Positions 13,977-24,105 of a DNA stretch of 64,000 nt are shown piece after piece. Location of the stretch: NCBI GenBank assembly GCA_040954595.2, contig CM082580.2:8844390-8908389 (forward strand), given 5' to 3'. The notes under the pieces are model-generated. The model saw only the letters and a list, made by a program, of their open reading frames with translations. It searched no databases and was not told the origin of the DNA. The position numbers and the translations under genes were made by a program. Within the stretch, counting starts at the first letter, position 1. Each line of letters begins with the position of its first letter. This DNA comes from Balanoglossus misakiensis (lineage: Eukaryota > Animalia > Hemichordata).

Positions 13977-15240
13977 ACAACACGTCGAAACTATCCAAGG
14001 AAAACGTCAAGTCCCCATCAATGCCAGCGGCTCCTGTTCGGTGCGGAACGTTGAAAACGCTGCGGTTTTACGGGGGTTATAAATCCACGAGACTCTGCTG
14101 GCAGACTCAATATGGCGACCTTTCTAAACATAGTGATCACGTGACTCTCATAAAGATGCGATGACTTCATCGCTGGACCAAAACGCCGGAACTCCTTACG
14201 TCGGGCAAGCCCCTAGTGTTTTGACAGCGTCTGGGTAAATGGATAGTGGGACTTTATCATTAGCCACAATCCTGGCCACAATCCTCAATGTGTTGCTGCA
14301 TGGCAACCGAAAAACACAGAGTGCAAATACACAGTACTCGTTGGAACAAACCTAAATGCTCCCCAAATATATCAGGAAAATTTATGTACAGCCAAGATCA
14401 TAGTATTTTCAAGCTGATTTTTGTTATTTATTCATTTCATAACCACTCTAAAGTGTGCCAAGTTCCAAAGTGAAGTAAAAACAATCTTGTAAAATCTCCT
14501 TCAAACAAACCCAAAGATGTCACTTTGTGTTCATAAATATCCCAACATGGTGAGAATGTCCATGGCCTAAGAAAAAGAAGCAAAATAAATAAGTAAATAA
14601 GCTAATATGAATAGATCCTGCAGATAAATACAACATACAGGGATCTATGGACACATTAAGTAAGCAATATACATGTATTGTTGTGTACTGGTGTAATTTT
14701 TTTTCTCAATTGTTTATAACTGACATAGGTGTCAATGTTTTAGTTTGATTCCACCATCTAGAATTCCCTGATTTTATTGTCTGAGCTAAAGTGATCCCTA
14801 CGTACAAAATAGTTTGATGGGGTATCTATCGAAATATTGCATGGTATTAGCATAAATACTTATGATGTAGGTCAGGCTGACTTTTTTGAACTTTTTCACA
14901 TCCATTGTCACAAATGAATGTGTTTTTTTATCAGTCTCTTGACTGTTCACATATGCAAACCATTACCATGGTTTTTACTCATATAATCGATTTGCTTCAG
15001 AGTATGTGTTGCAGTTGCTAATATTAAATTCAGCGGTCATGTTGGCATTGAAAAAAATTGCCACACTCTTGTAAAAAGTCCCAGAAGGAGCATTGACCTT
15101 GGACAATGAAATATACATGTATACGTCGCCCTCATTGGTAATGACACTATACAATTTTGGTGCTTTCGTTTTCACAAGCCAGATCAGTCCAGGTCTCGGG
15201 AAAACACGTAAGGCACGAGACGAGACGTGGGAGCGCAAAG
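13977..15240. promoter_or_regulatory. Probable divergent promoter region between PTPN4-like (minus strand, putative non-coding first exon ending near 13977) and CPSF3 (plus strand)
   Basis: Local CpG-rich patches near 13.8-14.2 kb and 15.18-15.3 kb. Minus-strand donor GTAAGT at 13976-13971. YY1-like AATATGGCG near 14109, E-box ATCACGTGAC near 14136, ETS-like CCGGAA near 14186, and AAGATGGCG over the CPSF3 ATG (15238-15246). Confidence 0.4.
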
Positions 15241-18200
15241 ATGGCGACTGCCAAGAGAAAAGTTGACAGCCAGATCCCGGCCGAAGAAAGCGATCAGCTT
15301 ATAATAAGGCCGCTGTGAGTAAAAAGTTAACGTGTGGCATTGTGCATCTGAGGGTGAATGGGATAAGCTTTACAATAACGAGTTGGACAGGTGATTTGCC
15401 GGTGGTGGTTTACTGATGCATCACAGTCACACGTGTGGCCTAGCTGTAGTGTAAACAATGTACAGACTGATAGTGAAGATGCGATGATCTCATGATAACA
15501 ACTGTCATCGCATAAGATACCATGTTCGTTCGGGACATAGTAGATCCAGAGTTATCCTGGAAGAGACATGATAGACTGGATCGTCTATTGCTCATGGCTA
15601 ACCCGACGAAATATAATCAAATTGCATTCCAGGCACAGTCCCTCCACACTGTGGTTTATCCCGTTGTTTGTGTGTGTTAATTTCCTTTCAGGGGTGCTGG
15701 TCAGGAAGTAGGTCGATCATGTATTATGCTGGAGTTCAAAGGCAAGAAAATAATGGTAAGTTTTTACAACTGTTGTAAGGTTGTGTTTATAAAATTTGTG
15801 AACGTTTAAATATTTACCAACATCACCACATCACATCGGGATGATGTGTGGGACTTTTGAAATCCACAGTGTTGTTTCAAAACAGTCTGTTTTAATTTCT
15901 TCCGTCTGGTCTCTTCTCTTCTGCAGCTGGATTGTGGAATCCATCCGGGTCTGAGTGGTATGGATGCATTGCCGTACTTTGATCTCATCGAGCCAGATGA
16001 AATTGAGCTGTTACTCATTAGTCAGTAAGTTGAGCTGTTTCTGTTTTCAGTATTACAACTTCAGGTACCAGAAAACAAAATAATTGTCCTTGTATGTGAA
16101 GTTGTTTCTTTTCTTTGCACTTATTAATATCACATAATATTTTCCCTTTTATTCACAGTTTTCATTTGGATCACTGTGGAGCGTTGCCATGGTTTCTGCA
16201 GAAAACAACATTCAAAGGCAGGGTATTCATGACACACGCCACAAAAGCTATCTACAGATGGCTTCTTTCAGATTATGTCAAAGTCAGGTAATTATATTAA
16301 TTTCAGGAAAAATGTTTATACAGCCATACAGTTGGTTTTGACTTAATGATTCGTCACTGTGCAGAAATCAAACTGACGAAAATCATGTTACCCTTGCAGC
16401 AATATTTCCACCGATCAGATGTTATACTCGGACAAGGACTTGGAAGCCAGTATGGACAAGATAGAAACAATAGATTTTCACGTGGAGACTGAAGTCAACG
16501 GGGTCAAGTTCTGGTGTTACAATGCGGGCCACGTCTTGGGTGCAGCTATGTTTATGTTAGAGATTGCCGGTGTCAAGGTAAAGGGCAAATTTTACAGACT
16601 CGTAATCGGAAGATTTTAATGAAACAATACAAACCATTGCTTTCCCCAAAAATATCTTGTCATATGCAGTGGCAATTGCAGTTTACAACCCGTTATTATT
16701 CTCACTGCGATTCACAATTAGTTTATCTTGCTATTGCAACTAACTTCTGCTTTATGTTTATTTTTCCTCAGCTTTTGTACACAGGTGATTTTTCCAGGCA
16801 AGAAGACAGACACTTGATGGCGGCAGAGTTGCCATCTGTCAGACCAGACGTCCTCATCATTGTAAGTCTGAACCAGAGTTGTAAGATTTGTGTGTGCATG
16901 GCTTGAACCCTTTCCACCCCATTTCAGAGTGTACAGGTCCAATTTTACCCATTCAGTTGAGATGGGACAGAGTTTTGGGGGTGAAAGGTTAAATCCAAGA
17001 AAGTAATCAAGTCCAACAAAAAGATGTCGGGTATAGACAGTAATATCTCTAATTATTTCTCCAAAAATTGTTCTTCTCAGGAATCTACTTATGGTACACA
17101 CATCCATGAGAAGAGAGAAGAGAGAGAGGCTCGTTTCACCGGAACAGTTCACGACATCGTCAATAGAGGAGGCAGATGTCTCATACCAGTGTTTGCATTG
17201 GGAAGAGCTCAAGAACTTCTTCTCATTTTAGGTAAATGTTGTGTGTGTACTTATATGAAATTGGGAGATCTGCATTCTTTCCCCTTGGCTGACCATTGTC
17301 TTGATATTCATGCAAATCATTTTTTTTTTCAGATGAATATTGGGCCAACCATCCAGAATTACACGACGTGCCAATATATTATGCATCCTCCCTAGCTAAG
17401 AAATGTATGTCTGTCTATCAGACCTATATCAATGCAATGAATGATAAGATCAAACGACAGGTAAGGATATTACTATCAAAATTTGTGTGTGTCAAATAAA
17501 CCAGCTTACGCTGGTCATCAACATACCCATATGCCCTCTACAGCTGTAGAAGCTAAGAAAAGTTATAAGCTGCCCTCTATAGTTCAAAGTGAGCAGTGCC
17601 TTTCTTCATGTTTTTCATCTTATGTATAACTTCCAATCTCTCGTCAGATCACAATAAGCAACCCTTTTGTCTTCAAACACATTTCCAACCTTCGAGGCAT
17701 GGACCACTTCGACGACATCGGCCCCTCCGTTGTCATGGCCAGCCCCGGTATGATGCAGAGTGGTTTGTCCCGGGAGCTGTTTGAGAGTTGGTGCACGGAC
17801 AGAAGGAATGGAGTCATCATTGCCGGTTATTGTGTGGAGGGAACTCTTGCCAAGGTGATTAGAAACTGTGGACGGGGAATTGTCCAAGTTATTTGGTTCC
17901 TATATGGTCCCAGCTAAACAGTACATTATCATTTGTTTCCTGTATTGCTTCTCAGTAATATAGCCAGACAGTTATTGCAGATATAATTCTTGGATTCTTT
18001 CTTCTGATTACCATAAACACTACATTGACACGTCTGTTGTGTTTTATTCCCCACAGCACGTTCTGTCCCAACCGGAAGAGGTCACCACCATGTCGGGTCA
18101 GAAGCTGCCACTCAAGATGTCCGTCGACTACATTTCCTTCTCCGCTCACGCAGACTATCAGCAAATCAGTGAATTCCTGCGAATTCTAAAACCACCACAC

Positions 18201-20243
18201 GTTGTGAGTGTGCCACTCCTTGATTCTGTTGTCCTCTTTCTGTGTTTTATTAGTCAAAAAGGTTTCCTCCAGATTGAAATTGTATGGCAATATCACTGCA
18301 CCACTTATTCGTAGTGTGTTCTCATATATTTTCATAAAGATCATTAGATGCACACTGTGTCTCTGCAGAAGTTATAACCCACACACACATACAGTTGAGG
18401 AAAACAGACACACCATTGCTTCCCCACTGTGTACGTTTCAGGTACTTGTTCATGGAGAACAGAATGAGATGGGGAGACTGAAGGCTGCCGTCATCCGGGA
18501 GTACGAGGATAATGCAGAGATCGACATCCAGGTGCACAACCCGAAGAACACGCAGGCTGTGGAGTTGTACTTCAGGGGAGAAAAAATGGCCAAGGTTGGT
18601 GTCTCGGTCAATCATGTCTTGAAAGTGTCATGATATTGATTTGAAGGATGCCAAAATATGGTCAGATTCTGGGCATCTCGTATCACCTCAAAGTGGACAA
18701 AAAGCAACTGAAATGACTTTACACAGTTATTTGCTGGTTATTCTAGATATTGAGATATGCAGTGTCATCATGTTAGTTATTGTACTGTGTTTTGCAGGTG
18801 ATGGGAAGTCTGGCGTCCACCAAACCGACGCCGGGCACCAAGATATCAGGAATTCTCGTCAAGAGAAACTTCAACTATCACATCATGGCGCCGTCGGATT
18901 TGTCCAGTGAGTTGGTCCTAGACTTCTGACAAGTTCAGTTATCACATAAATGATTTCTGTCGTGTTTGTGTTAATGGATGTTTTTTTTGGTGTTGGCTCA
19001 ATGTGCATTGCCTTGGAAGGTGTAGTCCTACACCTGCAATTTGTGTACAAGATAACCACAAGCTGTCTAATCAGTACCCAGAGATTTTTACTTCACTGTC
19101 TATGAGCCAATATATACGCATATAATATTTTCAAGATTCTGACATTTTTTCTGGCTTATCTGATTGCAGATTACACAGATTTGGCTATGAGTACAGTCAC
19201 ACAGCGTCAGAGTGTCGCTTACAACGCTCCATTGTCACTCTTGACGTACTACCTGACGCAGCTGTCAGGAGATGTTGAGCACACAGAGGTCAACGACAAA
19301 CCAGCTCTGAAAGTTTTCAAGAACATCACTGTCATACACGAACCTGCTCTTGGCATGGTCACCTTGGAAGTGAGTTGGTCATCAGTTTTAGTGATGTTTT
19401 TTTTTCTTATCTTATCTGTGGAAAGTATTGTTTGGTGTTTGAATATTCAGCATTGATGGCACAGCTAATTTCTTAATTTGATAGTTTGATATGTATTTGC
19501 TGTTGATGTATTGCTCATTTTTGTTTATCTCCACAGTGGGTGGCCAATGCTGTCAATGACATGCATGCTGATGCTGTCTTAGCAGTTATTATCAAAGTTG
19601 GCACTGATCCACAGGCACAGAAAGGTAAGAAAAAAAGATTCTCGAAAAAAGGCCATCTGTTTTATGACCCAGATACATTATTACTCTTTAGAGTCCCCTG
19701 TCAAAAGGATTTGAATTGATTAATGCCTCAGTATCATTTCCCCATGGTCGTAATCTGATATGGCGTGTTGAATTCTGGAAGCTGCTGCCTTTTGACGCAT
19801 ACCAACCAGTATATCTTAAAATGTGCCATGTTTGATTCTCACAGTGAAGCCAGCACCACCTGTCACATACATGGTCTACACAGAGAGACTGACGAAACTG
19901 CTGAGAGAGATGTTTGGTGAGAAGGCACTGAGTAGAACGGTGAAAGGGGACGAACTGATCGTCACAGTGGACGGGAAAACAGCAAGGATATTCATGGACA
20001 CTTTGGTGAGTTTGGTGTCTGTGGGATTTTTGCGTTCGATAACTTGCAACCTCATCCCCTCGTAAAAGCTTCATTCTCATGATAATGTTGATGGTCTGTA
20101 GCTTCCAACAGATTTTATTCCTGCCCTTTCTTTGATTTGTCCAACAGGAAGTGAAATGCGACGATGATGAGAGTCTCTATGGCATGGTGTCCACAGCGGT
20201 TTCTAGATTACATCAAGCTCTGAATCCAACAACAGACTTGTAA
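15241..20243 (+). CDS. CPSF3: Cleavage and polyadenylation specificity factor subunit 3 (CPSF73), metallo-beta-lactamase/beta-CASP endonuclease, 16 exons, about 690 aa
   Basis: Exons 15241-15314, 15692-15755, 15927-16024, 16159-16287, 16400-16577, 16772-16861, 17081-17231, 17333-17460, 17648-17854, 18057-18203, 18442-18594, 18798-18906, 19170-19369, 19537-19624, 19845-20005, 20148-20243. All introns are GT-AG and the exons sum to 2073 nt in frame. Motifs [19 protein letters not shown] (HxHxDH), [56 protein letters not shown] and VHGE. Confidence 0.97.
16904..16992. mobile_element. About 90-bp MITE family copy (divergent), CPSF3 intron 6
   Basis: AACCCTTTCCACCCC...GGGGTGAAAGGTTAA termini and an internal GGTCCAA. 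Confidence 0.55.
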
Positions 20244-20616
20244 AGGATAAGTCTGCACATCGGCCGTGCTCTGCACTGTTTTGATATTCAACAAGCAATC
20301 GTCATCAACATAGGAACATGAACATGGCACAGTTCTGCACTTCCCAAAGTCAAACCCCGGCCCAGTATTTCACCTTTGTAAGGTGTTGGATCTGTACTTT
20401 ACTCAGAAGCTTTCCTGCAGCCTGTATTAAATCTTGTCATTTTAAAACTGCATTTTGTTGACTGATGGAAATCACACAAGCTGTGAACTTATAGCAATAT
20501 ATCTTTATCAAGGACCAGATGGAATCAAATGTTTTTGTATGCCTGTCTAACTTTTTTTTCTGAAGTTTTATTTCCTGAGAAGATGCAAAATAATGTATAT
20601 TTTACTTCCAGCTGAA

Positions 20617-20622
20617 AATAAA
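20617..20622 (+). terminator. Proximal AATAAA poly(A) signal candidate for CPSF3
   Basis: Canonical hexamer about 375 nt after the CPSF3 stop, followed by GT-rich sequence (TGTTGTGTGTATGTGATGTG). Confidence 0.5.
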
Positions 20623-20935
20623 CCACTTCATATATGAATGTTGTGTGTATGTGATGTGATGTGCTGTACTTCAACCTTTCCATAGAGATTACCTTGAAAG
20701 GGCTTATGAAAGATCTTGAGATTCTGCTGTGCAATTCAGCGAGGTTCCACTACAATCCCATCAGATGACTCCTTCACAGCGCCCCCAATGTCAAGAATAC
20801 GGTAACTCGTAGGTTATAACAGCATCAGTGTAGCAACTAGGAGATACATGTATACGACTATACCAGGATTGAAAGAAAAATGTGGGTGACAAAAACGATG
20901 ACACTGAGATGCAGCATAAGCAGACTAGTCTTGGT

Positions 20936-20950
20936 TTTATTGAGAATAAA
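20936..20950. terminator. Back-to-back poly(A) signals TTTATT-gag-AATAAA between convergent CPSF3 (+) and p190RhoGAP (-)
   Basis: AATAAA on the minus strand at 20941-20936 and on the plus strand at 20945-20950. Confidence 0.4.
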
Positions 20951-23410
20951 CAATTTATGGATCAGTTAGATCAATCGGTAAACACAACTGTTGAGCTATT
21001 CCTTGTAAAAGTGGATTGTGGGTATCGGTTATAATATGTGGAAATTTACATTGTGTTCTTTTCATTTTCTCCTAAATGTAATAATGCACAAAACATAAAA
21101 TGACAGCCCAGCTGTTCCCCAATATTTAGTGATATTTTTTTGTCCAATTCAAAGCGGGTCAAACACCATCGCTGAATTTACTAAAAAAAATTGTCTATTG
21201 ATATAGAGACAAGAAGTGAAAATGTGTGCAGGATTAACGGCTGGAGAAAACTATCGAGATAAGAAACTAGATTTGGAACGTGTCACAATAAAGACAATTT
21301 TGCGACACTGTTGCCTTTTAGGAATTTCAGTTCATATGAAAATAAGCATCCACATTTGGATGCTGGTATTATTTTTCTCACCATGCATGGCACTTTGCTA
21401 TCATTTTTTTTGTACATGTATTTATATGGATAAGCTTTAAACTATCTTACATACATTCATTTTCACCCGGGATGCTTCTTTTATACAGACATTTTGAGAT
21501 GAAGAGAGAAATGATTTTGAACAACACGACATGAATACACCATATTATGAATAAAAGTTAAAGTCCAGTACAGCGCCAAATAAAAATGTGATAAAAAAGT
21601 TGGTAAGAGGTGGCTAGACAACAACAGTGCATCCTGTATTCAGTTCAAATAGCAAAAGCACCGATTCTGATGAACAACATTTTATTACTTCCTGGCCTTA
21701 GGACTGCGTCTATCTATAACACCATGAAAAATGTGAAAACCTGACCAAGCATCACACGTTTGACACCAAAGATGGTCGTCACTCACCAAGTTCAATTTTC
21801 AGGCCAAGCTTTCTCATTATCTGCCTTCCTCTTACCATGACAACATCACAATAAATGAAAAAAGAAAATGCAGTCAAACTGTCAGGAATATACACTCCAC
21901 ACAAACAAGCTGTGGGATTTAACTCTCACCAATAAACAGGTTCAGCATCTGGACTAACTTAGAGCAAAAACAAAAATTCTGAAAAATGACACACAGCCAA
22001 TAGTCGGTTGGAAAGTTCTGATGAAAAGACGTGTACCATAGTTGTGTAGTTGTAATAGTAGTAGTAAAATATAGGGATAAAATAGAATGAGGTGTGTACA
22101 GTGAAGTTTATAGTTTTCTAGAATAAGTCTCCCCTTGGGTTTTCTTGTCGTCAACACACAGATTGACTGTCCTAATCTGGTTATGAAAAATCTATGGAAT
22201 ATTTCTACATATCTATAATCTTGGATAAGACATGGTTGAATCTGAGCTGATTCATGCTGTATGTGCTGTCAGTACTTGTTTATTTCTGCATTAATTCTGT
22301 AAACAAACTGTCACATGGTCACTCAAATTATGATGCTGTTAGACTATAATAACTGGGTCCGGAATAATAAAACTTCAAATGACTGATTTATAGCAAAATG
22401 AGAGAGACTACATGATCCATATTATTCTACATCAGAGAAAATCCTCCTAGCTTAATGGCAAGTAATATGAACTCCCTAGGCTAGCTTATGAAAACCGTGT
22501 AGTTGAAAACAAATGAGACCAATCCTTATTTCCTGCTGAAGGAACATATTAGCTTTGACCAAAAAAATTGATTTAAGGAGACCTAAAACTGCAAAATTAC
22601 ATGAGATCCATACATGCATGGATCACTTTTATCTTCCCACTTTCAAATGCTTCTGCCTGCATTCAAATTATCATGTAAAAATCATCATTTTGTTGTATGG
22701 CAATCTATATCTAACTTAAGAAACTAAATTTTATACAAAATTGTCATCTGTGCTTGCGCCATCCTCAGCACAGAATTTTTTCAAAAAAAATTTCTCTTCT
22801 ATCTACAGTTTATAATTTTGTGTTAATTTATGATACATATTAATCATGATTTCTCAGTGCGAGTCTGTCCAAGAAAGACTCACACAACCATCCCCCAAAA
22901 ATAGACAGAGCTGACCCAATGGACTTGACTTCTCTGTAATTTTCAGCTCCTTCACTCTTTTATACAGGAAACAGAAAAAAAAAATCAACTTTCCTATCAT
23001 TAATCTAGCGCTGTTATATTTTCTATCATGTAAATTTTTCGAGAAGAGAATACACCAGTAATCTCCAGTCTGTTATGTTGGTTACAGTAAAGGGCATAAA
23101 AAAAACTGTTACAGAAACAAACTCACAATTATTTCAATTGTTTGATGATTGTGATTGATTCAGATAGCTATGCAGCTGTCACAGTGATGCCTGTGTGCAA
23201 TTTGTACGCTTTTCAAAAATCAACGCTTTTATTTCTTCACGAATGACGTCATCTGCAGAGTCACCGTTGCTTGGCGTTCACTTCCTTGCGCTGTCAAATC
23301 ATAAAACCGCGCCTCAAATTCCATCGAACATTCATCGCGTCTTGGACCACGCCGACGACACGCACATTCATCGATCACGCTTGTCTGTCCTTGTTTCAAG
23401 TTCCCAAGCG

Positions 23411-23594
23411 TCACGACTCGCGGCGAAACAGCCACCGGGCGCGGTCGATCAGCGTCTCCACCAGACTCTGCATGGCTCTGGTCTGCGTCTCCATCTCGGT
23501 GACGGTGGCAAACTTGGGCTGCAGCACGGCGATCCAGTGGCAGACGGCCAGGTTGGCGCTGTCCATGCGATTACTGGCGCTATGTTCGGACACT
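23411..23594 (-). CDS. Alternative terminal exon B of p190RhoGAP, a second divergent copy of the RhoGAP C-terminal segment
   Basis: Acceptor TTTCTGCAG|A in phase 2, the same phase as exon A, with a TACTAAC branch point at 23636-23630. Encodes RVSEHSASNRMDSANLAVCHWIAVLQPKFATVTEMETQTRAMQSLVETLIDRARWLFRRES*, colinear with exon A. Confidence 0.75.
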
Positions 23595-24105
23595 CTGCAG
23601 AAATCCAAAGTTTACAACCGTAACATCCTGTTAGTAAATCCTCGTAAGTACAGTATTATACACCGTGTTTAACATAAATCCACTTCATTTTTTAAAAACA
23701 AATCTCACCTAAATTGAGAAAAAAATAATGAACTCAACCCATGTAGCCTTTGGAGGAAAACAAAGATTATTTGTTACGCGCTACTGTCATATCGCATTCT
23801 AACATCATCATGCATAATGTTCACATCGTCATGTACACTACTGAGAGAGAGCTCATGTCAAAAAATGTTGAACATAGCTCTTTAGATCACTGCGTGAAAC
23901 ATTACATATCTCCGAGCACTGAATCTCTCGTGTACAACAAAGTAAACTGAGTCGTTTAAAAGCCCCGACTAAATACAAAGATCTGGTCTGGAATACAAAA
24001 GTACAAAGTTGCCCTATTTCAGGGGGTACACCCCCCTCCCAGATCCTGCGACAGGGGAGGGGTTTTTAAGGCAATGAAAAGTATTATAAAAGAGAGTCTA
24101 GTTGA

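Noticed and set aside
15478-15585. Two small inverted repeats in CPSF3 intron 1 (ATGCGATGA...TCATCGCAT and GATCCAG...CTGGATC) as a possible snoRNA or miRNA
   Set aside because: The stems are short and there is no convincing C/D or H/ACA box arrangement or pre-miRNA-length hairpin.
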